64,000 nt of DNA from Myxococcota bacterium. GTDB taxonomy: Bacteria; Myxococcota_A; UBA9160; UBA6930. Below, piece by piece: positions 1 through 9,594 of this stretch. The notes beneath the pieces are model-generated. The model was not told where the DNA came from and did not search any database. It saw nothing but the letters and a program-made list of their open reading frames with translations. Position 1 is the first letter of the stretch. Each line of letters opens with the position of its first letter. The position numbers were made by a program, and so were the translations under genes. The stretch is taken from assembly GCA_028277885.1 (NCBI GenBank), contig JANQFK010000022.1:69909-133908 (forward strand), read 5' to 3'.

Positions 1-1392
1 GCCCCCACCACCTCGGTCTCCATGACGATCAACGGGCCCGCCCCCATGGTGCTGGCCTTCTTCCTGAACGCCGCCATCGACCAGGGCGTGGAGAAGCACC
101 TGCGCGAGCGCGGCGAGCTCGAGGCCGTGCGGGCGCGCCGTGGCGGCGACGCCGCGCTTCCCCGCTACCAGGGGGAGCTGCCCGAGGGCCACGACGGCCT
201 GGGGCTCGGCCTGCTCGGCATCCCGGGCGAGGAGGCGGTGGATCCCGGCACCTACGCCCGCATCCGCGACGACGTGCTGCAGCGGGTCCGGGGCACCGTC
301 CAGGCCGACATCCTCAAGGAGGACCAGGCCCAGAACACCTGCATCTTCTCCACCGACTTCGCCCTGGGCATGATGGGCGACATCCAGGACTTCTTCGTCG
401 CCAACCGCGTGCGGAACTTCTACTCGGTGTCGATCTCGGGCTACCACATCGCCGAGGCCGGGGCGAACCCCATCAGCCAGCTCGCCTTCACCCTCGCCAA
501 CGGCTTCACCTACGTCGAGTACTACCGGGCGCGGGGCATGGCGGTGGAGGACTTCGCGCCGAACCTGTCGTTCTTCTTCAGCAACGGGCTCGACCCGGAG
601 TACTCGGTGCTCGGGCGGGTGGCGCGGCGCATCTGGGCCGTGGCCCTGCGCGAGGGCTATGGGGCCGACGAGCGCAGCCAGAAGCTCAAGTACCACGTGC
701 AGACGTCGGGCCGCTCGCTCCACGCCCAGGAGATGGCGTTCAACGACATCCGCACGACCCTCCAGGCGCTCACCGCCATCCAGGACCACTGCAACAGCCT
801 GCACACCAACGCCTACGACGAGGCGGTCACCACGCCGACCCCGGAGTCCGTGCGCCGCGCGGTGGCGATCCAGCACGTCATCAACCGCGAGCTCGGCCTC
901 ACCCGCAACGAGAACCCGCTCCAGGGTGCCTACGTGATCGACGAGCTCACCGACCTCGTCGAGGAGGCGGTGCTCGCCGAGTTCGAGCGGATCTCGCGCC
1001 GGGGCGGGGTGCTGGGCGCGATGGAGACCCACTACCAGCGCGGGCGCATCCAGGAGGAGAGCCTCCACTACGAGAGCCTGAAGCACTCGGGCGAGCTCCC
1101 CATCGTGGGCGTCAACACGTTCCTGGCTCCCGACGGCAGCGAGGAGGCGGTCCGGCCCACGGGCCTGATGCGCGCCAGCGAGGCCGAGAAGCAGGCCCAG
1201 ATCGACTCCCTGGCCGGCTTCCGCGCGCGCCACGCCGCGGCGGCCCCGGCGGCGCTGGAGAGCCTGCAACGCGTCGCCCGCGGCGGGGGCAACGTGTTCG
1301 AGGAGCTGATGCGGACGGTGCGCGTGGCCAGCCTGGGCGAGATCAGCGACGCGCTGTTCGACGTGGGCGGACGCTACCGCCGGGCCATGTGA
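1..1392 (+). CDS. B12-dependent acyl-CoA mutase catalytic domain, IcmF/IcmA-like (isobutyryl-CoA mutase type); 5' end cut by the window edge
   Basis: Frame 1 is open from nt 1 ([15 protein letters not shown]...). Mutase large-subunit motifs are present ([22 protein letters not shown]). The C-terminus is IcmF-type (...VGGRYRRAM). Confidence 0.8.
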   Translation, partial: APTTSVSMTINGPAPMVLAFFLNAAIDQGVEKHLRERGELEAVRARRGGDAALPRYQGELPEGHDGLGLGLLGIPGEEAVDPGTYARIRDDVLQRVRGTVQADILKEDQAQNTCIFSTDFALGMMGDIQDFFVANRVRNFYSVSISGYHIAEAGANPISQLAFTLANGFTYVEYYRARGMAVEDFAPNLSFFFSNGLDPEYSVLGRVARRIWAVALREGYGADERSQKLKYHVQTSGRSLHAQEMAFNDIRTTLQALTAIQDHCNSLHTNAYDEAVTTPTPESVRRAVAIQHVINRELGLTRNENPLQGAYVIDELTDLVEEAVLAEFERISRRGGVLGAMETHYQRGRIQEESLHYESLKHSGELPIVGVNTFLAPDGSEEAVRPTGLMRASEAEKQAQIDSLAGFRARHAAAAPAALESLQRVARGGGNVFEELMRTVRVASLGEISDALFDVGGRYRRAM

Positions 1393-1456
1393 GGCCGCGG
1401 CGAGGGGGTCGCTATGCTCCGCGCGTCGCGGGCGAGACCCGGAGCGAGGACGGACG

Positions 1457-3595
1457 ATGAGCCAGAACGATCGGGAACGCTGGGACGAGCAGGCGCGCAA
1501 GGAGCTGCGCGGCCGCGATCCCGGGGAGCTGCGGGTCCGCACGCCGGACGGGCTCGAGCTGCGCCCGCTCTACACCGCCGAGGATCTCGAGGGCCTCGGG
1601 CACGCCGACACGCTTCCGGGGCTCTTCCCCTTCCTGCGCGGCCCGAAGGCCACCATGTACGCCAACCGTCCCTGGACGGTGCGCCAGTACGCGGGCTTCT
1701 CCACCGCCGAGGAGTCGAACGCCTTCTACCGCGCCAACCTCGCCGCGGGCCAGCAGGGCCTCTCCGTGGCCTTCGATCTCGCCACCCACCGCGGCTACGA
1801 CTCGGACCACCCGCGCGTGACCGGCGACGTCGGCAAGGCCGGCGTGGCGATCGACTCCGTCGAGGACATGAAGATCCTGTTCGACGGCATCCCCCTCGAC
1901 CAGGTCACCGTCTCCATGACGATGAACGGCGCGGTGCTGCCCGTCATGGCGTGCTTCGTCGTGGCCGGGGAAGAGCAGGGCGTGCCCGCGGAGAAGCTCG
2001 CCGGGACCATCCAGAACGACATCCTGAAGGAGTTCATGGTCCGCAACACCTACATCTACCCGCCCGAGCCGAGCATGCGCATCGTGGCCGACATCATCGA
2101 GTACACGGCGCGCAGCATGCCGAAGTTCAACTCGATCTCGATCAGCGGCTACCACATGCAGGAGGCCGGGGCGACCACGGTCCAGGAGCTCGCCTTCACC
2201 ATCGCCGACGGGCTCGAGTACGTGCGCGCCGCGCTCTCCAAGGGCCTCGACGTGGACGACTTCGCCGGGCGCCTCTCGTTCTTCTGGTGCATCGGGATGA
2301 ACTTCTACCTCGAGATCGCCAAGATGCGCGCCGGCCGCCGCCTGTGGGCCGAGCGCATGCGGGCGGAGTTCGACCCGAAGAAGGACCGCTCCCTGATGCT
2401 GCGCACCCACTGCCAGACCTCCGGGGCGAGCCTCACCGAGCAGGACCCGATGAACAACGTCATCCGCACCACCATCGAGGCGATGGCGGCGGTGTTCGGC
2501 GGCACCCAGTCGCTCCACACCAACGGCTACGACGAGGCGGTCTCCCTGCCCACCGACACCGCGGCCCGGGTGGCGCGCAACACCCAGCTGATCCTCCAGG
2601 AGGAGTCCGGGATCCCCGCGGTGGTGGACCCCTGGGGCGGCTCCTACTTCATGGAGAGCCTCACCGAGAGCGTGTACCGCGCGGCCTCGGAGCTGATCGA
2701 CGAGGTGGAGGAGCTGGGCGGCATGACCCAGGCCATCGCGGCGGGCATGCCCAAGCTCAAGATCGAGGAGGCGGCCACCCGGCGCCAGGCGCGCATCGAC
2801 AGCGGCGAGGACGTGATCGTCGGCGTGAACAAGTACCGGATCGACGAGGAGGAGGACCTCGAGATCCGCGACATCGACAACACCGCGGTGCGCGAGGCCC
2901 AGGTACGGCGCCTGGAGGGCATCCGCGCCAGCCGCGACGAGGCCGCGGTGAAGGACGCCCTCGCCGAGCTCGAGGCCCTGGCGCGGGAGGGGGAGGGCAA
3001 CCTCCTGGCCGGCGCCGTGAAGGCGGCCCGGCTGCGCGCCAGCGTGGGCGAGATCTCCGACGCCCTCGAGCGGGTGTACGGACGCTATCGTGCCGAGGTG
3101 CGATCGGTCTCCGGGGTGTACGGCGCCGCCTACCAGGGCGACGAGGGCTTCGAGGAGGTCCGCCGGGAGGTCGAGGGCTTCGCCGGGGAGCAGGGCCGCC
3201 GTCCGCGCATGCTCGTGGTGAAGCTCGGCCAGGACGGCCACGACCGCGGCATGAAGGTGATCGCCACGGCCTTCGCCGACCTGGGCTTCGACGTCGACGT
3301 GGGCCCGCTGTTCCAGACCCCCGACGAGGCGGCGCGCCAGGCCGTCGAGAACGACGTCCACGTGGTGGGCGTCTCGAGCCAGGCGGCGGGGCACAAGACC
3401 CTGGTGCCGGAGCTCGTCGAGGCGCTGCGCGCGGCGGGGGCCGGCGAGATCGCCGTGGTGGTGGGGGGCATCATCCCGCCGCGGGACTACGCCGAGCTGC
3501 GCGAGGCCGGGGTGTCCGCGGTGTTCGGTCCGGGGACGCCGATCCCCAAGGCCGCCCGCGAGGTGCTCCAGGCCGTCCGCGACACGCGCCGCTGA
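1457..3595 (+). CDS. Methylmalonyl-CoA mutase, single-chain form with C-terminal B12-binding domain
   Basis: 712-aa ORF with ATG at 1457. Motifs [31 protein letters not shown] and HTNGYDEA are present, with DGHDRG in the C-terminal cobalamin-binding domain. Confidence 0.92.
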   Translation: MSQNDRERWDEQARKELRGRDPGELRVRTPDGLELRPLYTAEDLEGLGHADTLPGLFPFLRGPKATMYANRPWTVRQYAGFSTAEESNAFYRANLAAGQQGLSVAFDLATHRGYDSDHPRVTGDVGKAGVAIDSVEDMKILFDGIPLDQVTVSMTMNGAVLPVMACFVVAGEEQGVPAEKLAGTIQNDILKEFMVRNTYIYPPEPSMRIVADIIEYTARSMPKFNSISISGYHMQEAGATTVQELAFTIADGLEYVRAALSKGLDVDDFAGRLSFFWCIGMNFYLEIAKMRAGRRLWAERMRAEFDPKKDRSLMLRTHCQTSGASLTEQDPMNNVIRTTIEAMAAVFGGTQSLHTNGYDEAVSLPTDTAARVARNTQLILQEESGIPAVVDPWGGSYFMESLTESVYRAASELIDEVEELGGMTQAIAAGMPKLKIEEAATRRQARIDSGEDVIVGVNKYRIDEEEDLEIRDIDNTAVREAQVRRLEGIRASRDEAAVKDALAELEALAREGEGNLLAGAVKAARLRASVGEISDALERVYGRYRAEVRSVSGVYGAAYQGDEGFEEVRREVEGFAGEQGRRPRMLVVKLGQDGHDRGMKVIATAFADLGFDVDVGPLFQTPDEAARQAVENDVHVVGVSSQAAGHKTLVPELVEALRAAGAGEIAVVVGGIIPPRDYAELREAGVSAVFGPGTPIPKAAREVLQAVRDTRR

Positions 3596-3597
3596 CG

Positions 3598-4611
3598 GTG
3601 TCCGAGGAGGTCGAGCACCGGGTCCAGGGCGTGCGCCGGGGCGACCGGCGCAGCGTGGCCAAGACCATCACGCTGCTCGAGAGCACGCGCGAGGACCACG
3701 CGCAGCAGGGCCAGTCCGTGCTCGAGGCCCTGCTGCCGGGCACGGGCCGCGCCGTGCGCCTGGGCATCACGGGCCCGCCCGGCGTGGGCAAGAGCAGCTT
3801 CATCGAGAGCCTGGGCCTGGAGCTCATCGCCGCCGGGCACCGCGTGGCGGTGCTCGCCGTGGACCCCACGAGCCCCGTCTCCGGCGGCAGCATCCTGGGC
3901 GACAAGACGCGCATGGAGCGGCTGGCCCGGGAGGAGGCCGCCTTCATCCGTCCCTCGCCCTCGGGCGGCTCCCTGGGCGGCGTCGCCCACCGCACCCGGG
4001 AGGCGGGCCTGGTCTGCGAGGCCGCGGGCTTCGACGTGGTGATCGTCGAGACCGTCGGGGTCGGCCAGTCCGAGGTGACGGTCCGCTCGATGGTGGACTT
4101 CTTCCTGGTGCTGCTCCAGCCGGGCGCCGGCGACGCGCTCCAGGGCATCAAGCGCGGCGTGCTGGAGCTGGCCGACGGCCTGGTGGTGAACAAGGCCGAC
4201 GGGGACCAGAAGCGCCTCGCCGAGCGCACCCGGGGCGAGCACGCCCAGGCCCTCGAGCTGCTGCGCCCCGCCTCGGCGGCCTGGAGCCCGCGGGTGCTGG
4301 CCGCCAGCGCGCTGACCGGCGAGGGCCTCGCGGCCGTCTGGGAGATGGTGGAGGCCCACCGGCAGGCCCTCGAGGCCAGCGGCGAGCTCCAGGCCCGGCG
4401 GCGCGCCCAGGCCCGGGAGTGGCTGTGGAGCCTGGTCCGGGAGGGCCTCGAGCAGGCCTTCCGGGGGGATCCGGGGGTCGCGGCCCGGGTCGAGGCCCTG
4501 GAGCGCGAGGTCGAGGACCAGAAGACCTCCCCTGCCGCCGCTGCGCGGAGCCTGCTGGCGGCCTTCCGGGGCTCTCCCGAAGCCGGCTCCGGGGGGCGCT
4601 CCGGGGCCTGA
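3598..4611 (+). CDS. meaB: MeaB/ArgK G3E-family GTPase (mutase chaperone)
   Basis: GTG at 3598, 3 nt after the mutase stop, in the frame of track ORF 1414..4611. Motifs GPPGVGKSS, ETVGVGQSE and VNKADG are present. Start codon is inferred. Confidence 0.85.
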   Translation: MSEEVEHRVQGVRRGDRRSVAKTITLLESTREDHAQQGQSVLEALLPGTGRAVRLGITGPPGVGKSSFIESLGLELIAAGHRVAVLAVDPTSPVSGGSILGDKTRMERLAREEAAFIRPSPSGGSLGGVAHRTREAGLVCEAAGFDVVIVETVGVGQSEVTVRSMVDFFLVLLQPGAGDALQGIKRGVLELADGLVVNKADGDQKRLAERTRGEHAQALELLRPASAAWSPRVLAASALTGEGLAAVWEMVEAHRQALEASGELQARRRAQAREWLWSLVREGLEQAFRGDPGVAARVEALEREVEDQKTSPAAAARSLLAAFRGSPEAGSGGRSGA

Positions 4612-4709
4612 ACCCCGCGCCGGGGGCCCGCTTCATCTTCTGCCGCCATCGGCCGATGAGTCCTGCGGAGGGGCCCGCACCCCTCGGCAATGCGCAGGAT
4701 GGCGGGGCA

Positions 4710-5396
4710 ATGGTCCAGATCAACATGGCGGCGCGCGAGATCGTGCTGAAGATCGTCTACTACGGTCCCGCCCTGTCCGGCAAGACGACCAACCTGCAGC
4801 AGCTCCACGCCATGATGGACGCGGGCTCCCGCGGCAACATGGTCACCCTGGACACCGCCGACGATCGCACCCTCTACTTCGACTTCCTGCCCATCCAGTT
4901 CGGCACCACGAGCGGCTTCGCGGTGAAGCTCAAGGTCTTCACCGTTCCCGGCCAGGTGATGCACAAGTCCACCCGCAAGGTGGTGCTGGCCGGGGCCGAC
5001 GCCGTCGCCTTCGTGGCCGACTCCCAGCGCTCCTCGGCCAGCGCCAACGCGTACTCGTGGCGCGACATGGAGGCGAACCTCAAGTCGAACGGCATCGACT
5101 TCGACGCCATCCCCAAGGTCGTGCAGTTCAACAAGCGCGACCTGCCCGACATCAAGCCCCTGGCCGAGATCCGGGCCGCCTGGGGCTCGATCCCGACCTA
5201 TCCCGCCGCGGCGGTGCGCGGCGAGGGCGTGCTCGAGACGTTCCGGGAGCTGCTCCGCCGCACCTACCGCAACCTCGACTCGAAGCACAGCTTCGCGACG
5301 AAGTTCGGGGTCTCGGAGGAGGACTTCCTGAAGGGCGTGTTCGCGCACTTCAAGGGCGACCCCGCCGAGTCCGCGGAGCCCGCCGAGCTGGTCTGA
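4710..5396 (+). CDS. MglA-family Ras-like small GTPase paralog with C-terminal extension
   Basis: ATG at 4710 (MVQINMAAREIVLKIVYYGPALSGKTTN). Motifs YYGP-x-SGKTTN, DRTLYFDFLP, TVPGQ and FNKRDL match MglA-type GTPases. The upstream part of track ORF 4419.. is Arg/Gly/Pro junk. Confidence 0.8.
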   Translation: MVQINMAAREIVLKIVYYGPALSGKTTNLQQLHAMMDAGSRGNMVTLDTADDRTLYFDFLPIQFGTTSGFAVKLKVFTVPGQVMHKSTRKVVLAGADAVAFVADSQRSSASANAYSWRDMEANLKSNGIDFDAIPKVVQFNKRDLPDIKPLAEIRAAWGSIPTYPAAAVRGEGVLETFRELLRRTYRNLDSKHSFATKFGVSEEDFLKGVFAHFKGDPAESAEPAELV

Positions 5397-5451
5397 CCGC
5401 AGGACCTGACTCCGGGTCCGTGTTCCCCTCGGGCGGTCGTCGAACGGTCGT

Positions 5452-5480
5452 TTGACACGCCAGTCAACCGCCTATACCGT
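5452..5480 (+). promoter_or_regulatory. Candidate sigma-70-type promoter for ribBA (TTGACA-N17-TACCGT)
   Basis: TTGACA at 5452-5457, a 17-nt spacer, then TACCGT (TAnnnT type) at 5475-5480. The site lies about 85 nt upstream of the ribBA ATG. Pattern match only. Confidence 0.3.
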
Positions 5481-5563
5481 CCTGCGTGCGCTCGCGACGA
5501 GCCGCCCCGCCGCGCCCGCCCCCGACGGAACCGCCCGGCGGTCCGTACGGCAGGAGCCCCGCG

Positions 5564-6856
5564 ATGACCGATCCCGCGCCTTCCCGGCCCTCCGGGCCGT
5601 CTTCCAAGTCGCCCACCCGGCTGCCCTACGACGCCACCGACGTGCTGTCCTCCGTGGAGGACGCCATCGCGGAGATCCGGGCCGGCCGCATGGTGGTGCT
5701 GGTCGACGACGAGGACCGGGAGAACGAGGGCGACCTGTGCCTCGCCGCGGAGAAGTGCACCCCCGAGGCCATCAACTTCATGGCCAAGTTCGGGCGGGGG
5801 CTGATCTGCCTGCCCATGACCGAGGCCCGGCTGCGCCAGCTGCGCCTCGACATGATGGTGCCCGACGCCGAGAACTCGGCGCCCCTGGGCACCGCCTTCA
5901 CGGTGTCGGTGGAGGCCCGGGAGGGCGTCACCACGGGCATCTCCGCCGCCGACCGCGCCACCACGGTCCAGGCCGCCATCGCGCCGGAAGCGCGGCCCCA
6001 GGACCTGGTGCGCCCGGGCCACGTGTTCCCCCTGCGCGCACGGGACGGCGGCGTGCTGCGGCGCGCCGGCCAGACCGAGGGCGCCGTGGACCTCGCGCGC
6101 CTCGCCGGCCTCGAGCCGGCCGGGGTGATCTGCGAGATCATGAACGACGACGGCTCCATGGCGCGCATGCCCGATCTCGTCACCTTCGCGCGCCAGCACC
6201 GGCTCAAGATCGTCACCATCGCCGACCTGATCCAGTACCGGTTGCGCAACGAGAAGCTGGTGCGCCGCGCCGGCGAGGCGTCGCTCCCCACGGTCCACGG
6301 CGGCGACTTCCGCTCCATCGTCTACGAGAACGAGATCGACCGGGTGGACCACGTCGCCCTGGTGAAGGGCGAGATCCGCCCCGAGGACGAGGTGCTGGTG
6401 CGCGTGCACAGCGAGTGCCTCACCGGCGACGCCTTCGGCTCCCTGCGCTGCGACTGCGGCGAGCAGCTGGCCGCGGCCCTCAAGATGATCGCCGAGGAGG
6501 GGCGTGGCGTGCTGCTCTACATGCGCCAGGAGGGGCGCGGGATCGGGCTCAAGAACAAGATCCGCGCCTACGGGCTCCAGGACGACGAGGGGCTCGACAC
6601 GGTCCAGGCCAACGAGCGGCTGGGCTTCGCCGCGGACCTGCGCGACTACGGCGTGGGGGCCCAGATCCTCCATGACCTCGGCGTGCGGCGCATGCGCCTC
6701 ATCACGAACAACCCGGGCAAGCGCGCCGGGATCGAGGGCTACGGCCTCACGATCGTCGAGCGCGTGCCCCTCGAGATCCAGCCCAACGACCGCAACTTCG
6801 AGTATCTCCGCACCAAGAAGGAGAAGCTCGGCCACGTCCTGCACCTGATGAGCTGA
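5564..6856 (+). CDS. ribBA: Bifunctional 3,4-dihydroxy-2-butanone-4-phosphate synthase / GTP cyclohydrolase II
   Basis: ATG at 5564 is preceded by GGCAGGAG. The DHBP synthase region ([12 protein letters not shown]) is followed by the GTP cyclohydrolase II region ([18 protein letters not shown]). Confidence 0.9.
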   Translation: MTDPAPSRPSGPSSKSPTRLPYDATDVLSSVEDAIAEIRAGRMVVLVDDEDRENEGDLCLAAEKCTPEAINFMAKFGRGLICLPMTEARLRQLRLDMMVPDAENSAPLGTAFTVSVEAREGVTTGISAADRATTVQAAIAPEARPQDLVRPGHVFPLRARDGGVLRRAGQTEGAVDLARLAGLEPAGVICEIMNDDGSMARMPDLVTFARQHRLKIVTIADLIQYRLRNEKLVRRAGEASLPTVHGGDFRSIVYENEIDRVDHVALVKGEIRPEDEVLVRVHSECLTGDAFGSLRCDCGEQLAAALKMIAEEGRGVLLYMRQEGRGIGLKNKIRAYGLQDDEGLDTVQANERLGFAADLRDYGVGAQILHDLGVRRMRLITNNPGKRAGIEGYGLTIVERVPLEIQPNDRNFEYLRTKKEKLGHVLHLMS

Positions 6857-6888
6857 CGGCCGCCCGGCCGCCAGCGGTAGGAGCCCCC

Positions 6889-7908
6889 ATGTTCGAGTCC
6901 GTGGACGACGTCATCGGCCAGCTCGCCGAGCAGGGCTACATCGCCGACAAGAGCATCGCCACGGTGGTGTTCCTGGCCGCGCGCCTGGAGAAGCCCGTGC
7001 TCGTGGAGGGGCCGGCCGGCGTCGGCAAGACCGAGCTCGCCAAGGCGGTCTCGAAGGCCAGCGGTCGCGAGCTGGTGCGGCTCCAGTGCTACGAGGGCCT
7101 GGACGAGGCCAAGGCGCTCTACGAGTGGGAGTACTCGAAGCAGCTCCTCTACACCCAGATCCTCAAGGAGAAGCTCTCGGAGACCATGGCGGGCGCCACC
7201 AGCCTGCGCGACGCCGCGGAGCGCGTGGGCGCCGAGGACAGCGTCTTCTTCTCGAGCCGGTTCATCGTGCCGCGGCCGCTCCTCCACGCCATCACCTCCG
7301 ACGACCCCTCGCTGCTGCTGGTGGACGAGGTGGACAAGTCGGACCCCGAGTTCGAGGCCTTCCTCCTCGAGGTGCTGTCGGACTTCCAGGTCACCGTGCC
7401 CGAGGTGGGCACCTTCGAGGCGGTGCGGCGGCCCTTCGTGTTCCTCACCTCGAACGACGCCCGGGAGATGAGCGACGCCCTGAAGCGCCGCTGCCTCCAC
7501 CTCTACATCGACTTCCCCGACGAGGACCTCGAGCTCCGGATCCTCGACACCAAGGTGCCGGGCATCGAGCGGCGCCTCGCCGAGGAGCTGGTGGGCGTGA
7601 TGCAGCGGCTGCGCAAGCTCGACCTGAAGAAGACGCCGTCGATCAGCGAGACCCTCGACTGGGCCCGGGCCCTGCTGGCCCTGAACGCCACGGAGCTCGA
7701 CGAGGACCTGGTGCGGGAGACCCTCAACGTCATCCTCAAGTACGAGGGCGACATCAAGAAGGCCCAGAGCGAGCTGGGCCGGCTGATCACCCGCAAGTCC
7801 GAGGAGCCCGCCGGCGAGGCCAAGCCCCGGGGCGCCGCTCCGGCGTCGCCCGCGGCTCCCGCCGCGCCCGCCCCGGGTCGGCCGACCAAGAAGGGCACCC
7901 TGCACTAG
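6889..7908 (+). CDS. MoxR/CoxD-like AAA+ ATPase
   Basis: Walker A VEGPAGVGKTELAK and Walker B LLLVDEVDK are present. Overall it resembles MoxR-family ATPases, with a low-complexity Pro/Ala C-terminal tail. Confidence 0.85.
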   Translation: MFESVDDVIGQLAEQGYIADKSIATVVFLAARLEKPVLVEGPAGVGKTELAKAVSKASGRELVRLQCYEGLDEAKALYEWEYSKQLLYTQILKEKLSETMAGATSLRDAAERVGAEDSVFFSSRFIVPRPLLHAITSDDPSLLLVDEVDKSDPEFEAFLLEVLSDFQVTVPEVGTFEAVRRPFVFLTSNDAREMSDALKRRCLHLYIDFPDEDLELRILDTKVPGIERRLAEELVGVMQRLRKLDLKKTPSISETLDWARALLALNATELDEDLVRETLNVILKYEGDIKKAQSELGRLITRKSEEPAGEAKPRGAAPASPAAPAAPAPGRPTKKGTLH

Positions 7909-7929
7909 CCGCGGCGCGCGGACCCAGCG

Positions 7930-9345
7930 ATGCAGAAGAAGATCATCGACTTCACCAACCTGCTGCGGAAGAGCGGGGTGCGGGTGTCCGTGGCGGAGTC
8001 GATCGACGCCTTCGAGGCGCTCGACGAGCTCTCCATCGAGGACCGCGAGGTCTTCCGCGACGCCCTGCGCAGCACCATGGTGAAGCGCGGGGACGACATC
8101 CCCACCTTCGACCAGCTCTTCGAGCTCTACTGGTCGGCCTTCTACGACAGCCTCAAGGACGCCTTCGAGCAGGCGGGGCAGGGGCTGCCCGGCGACATCG
8201 ACCTCGAGCAGCTGCTCGAGCAGATCCGCCAGGGCATGCAGGGGATGGAGGGCGAGCTCGACCTCTCGGAGCTCGCCCAGGCGCTCCTCACCCAGGACCT
8301 CTCGAAGCTCGAGCAGCTGATCCGCGAGGCGGCGGAGCAGGCCGGCGCCGGCCGCATCGAGAACATGCTCCAGCTCGGGTTCTTCACCCGCCGCACCATG
8401 GAGCAGATGGGCGCCGAGGGCGCCACCCAGGAGCTGCGCGACCTCGCCCAGCGCCTGCGCGACGCCGGCCTGGGGGACGCCGAGGTCGAGGCCCTGATGG
8501 AGCTGGTGAACCGCTTCGCCGAGGCGCTCCGGCGCAGCGTGCGGAACTACACCGAGCGCGAGCTCCAGCAGCAGAACTTCGACTACATGGAGCGCTTCCG
8601 GCGCGAGTCGCTCCTCGAGAAGAGCTTCTACAACCTCACCGAGGAGGAGATCCGGCGCATGCGCGAGGTGGTGACCCGCCTGGCCCAGCGCATCAAGAAC
8701 ATCCTCTCGATCCGGCGCCGGCGGCTCAAGAAGGGCAAGCTCGACCTCCACGCCATGCTGCGGCGCAACATGGCCCACGGCGGCGTGCCCTTCGAGGTGA
8801 TCTACAAGCAGCGCCGCAAGGACCGCCCCAAGCTGGTGATCCTGTGCGACGTCTCCTCCTCGGTGGCGAACGTCTCCCGCTTCATGCTGCAGTTCGTCCA
8901 CAGCCTCCAGGAAGCCTTCACCAAGATCCGCTCCTTCGTCTTCGTCTCGGAGCTGGGCGAGGTGACCCAGCTCTTCCACGACGAGGAGATCAACGCCGCC
9001 ATCGAGAAGGCCCTGGACGGCGGCGACGTGATCAACGTCTACACCCGCTCGAACTTCGGCCACGCCTTCCACGACTTCTGGAAGAACCACCTCTCGGCCA
9101 TCGACAAGAAGACCACGGTCCTCGTGCTGGGCGACGCCCGCAACAACTACAACGACCCGCGGGCCTGGTGCCTCCGGGACATCCACAGCAAGGCCAAGAA
9201 CGTGGTCTGGCTGAATCCCGAGAGCCCCAGCGCCTGGGGGTTCGGCGACAGCGTGATGGACCGCTACCTGCCCCACGTGGACGTGGCCGAGGAGTGCCGC
9301 AACCTCCGCCAGCTCTCGAAGGTCGTCGACCGCCTCGTCCTGTAG
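7930..9345 (+). CDS. VWA domain protein, CoxE-like (partner of the MoxR ATPase)
   Basis: Starts 22 nt after the MoxR stop. The C-terminal VWA region has a MIDAS-like VILCDVSSSV motif and TTVLVLGDARNN. Confidence 0.8.
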   Translation: MQKKIIDFTNLLRKSGVRVSVAESIDAFEALDELSIEDREVFRDALRSTMVKRGDDIPTFDQLFELYWSAFYDSLKDAFEQAGQGLPGDIDLEQLLEQIRQGMQGMEGELDLSELAQALLTQDLSKLEQLIREAAEQAGAGRIENMLQLGFFTRRTMEQMGAEGATQELRDLAQRLRDAGLGDAEVEALMELVNRFAEALRRSVRNYTERELQQQNFDYMERFRRESLLEKSFYNLTEEEIRRMREVVTRLAQRIKNILSIRRRRLKKGKLDLHAMLRRNMAHGGVPFEVIYKQRRKDRPKLVILCDVSSSVANVSRFMLQFVHSLQEAFTKIRSFVFVSELGEVTQLFHDEEINAAIEKALDGGDVINVYTRSNFGHAFHDFWKNHLSAIDKKTTVLVLGDARNNYNDPRAWCLRDIHSKAKNVVWLNPESPSAWGFGDSVMDRYLPHVDVAEECRNLRQLSKVVDRLVL

Positions 9346-9374
9346 TCCTGTAGAGGGACTCTCCCGGATACCGG

Positions 9375-9558
9375 ATAGAGAAACGCCCCGCCGGGCTCTT
9401 GCTCGGCGGGGCGTTCTACAGGGGGGAGGGCGGTGGATAGATGATGGGGGGTGAGAGGTTGGACATTTCGATTAGAAATGCCTTATCCACCGCCGCTCCA
9501 TAACCTGATCGATTCGGTCGCTGGCTCCTTCCCCCCGGCGGGCTCGCGCCCTGCCAAC
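9375..9558 (-). ncRNA. Candidate unannotated small RNA (ends approximate)
   Basis: Bounded by a minus-strand TTGACA-N18-CATAAT promoter and a 12-bp hairpin followed by TTTCTCTAT on the minus strand. Nested helices lie at 9421-9427/9530-9536, 9429-9439/9484-9494 and 9464-9480. No coding gene lies downstream. Confidence 0.35.
9382..9415 (-). terminator. Intrinsic-terminator-like hairpin; U-tract present only on the minus strand
   Basis: Perfect 12-bp stem AACGCCCCGCCG / CGGCGGGGCGTT with a 10-nt loop. The minus strand continues TTTCTCTAT; the plus strand continues CTACAGGGG. It may also stop the convergent VWA transcript. Confidence 0.55.
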
Positions 9559-9564
9559 GGCGGC

Positions 9565-9594
9565 ATTATGCGCATCGCCGAACGCCCATGTCAA
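9565..9594 (-). promoter_or_regulatory. Near-consensus sigma-70-type promoter on the minus strand (TTGACA-N18-CATAAT)
   Basis: Plus-strand TGTCAA at 9589-9594 and ATTATG at 9565-9570 read as TTGACA and CATAAT on the minus strand, with an 18-nt spacer. Confidence 0.45.

Noticed and set aside
1393-1456. Cobalamin riboswitch ahead of the B12-dependent mutase
   Set aside because: The gap is only 64 nt and no B12-box-like sequence is visible.
5397-5563. FMN (RFN) riboswitch upstream of ribBA
   Set aside because: I could not find the conserved FMN-element blocks. The leader implied by the candidate promoter (~85 nt) is also too short. cmscan would be decisive.
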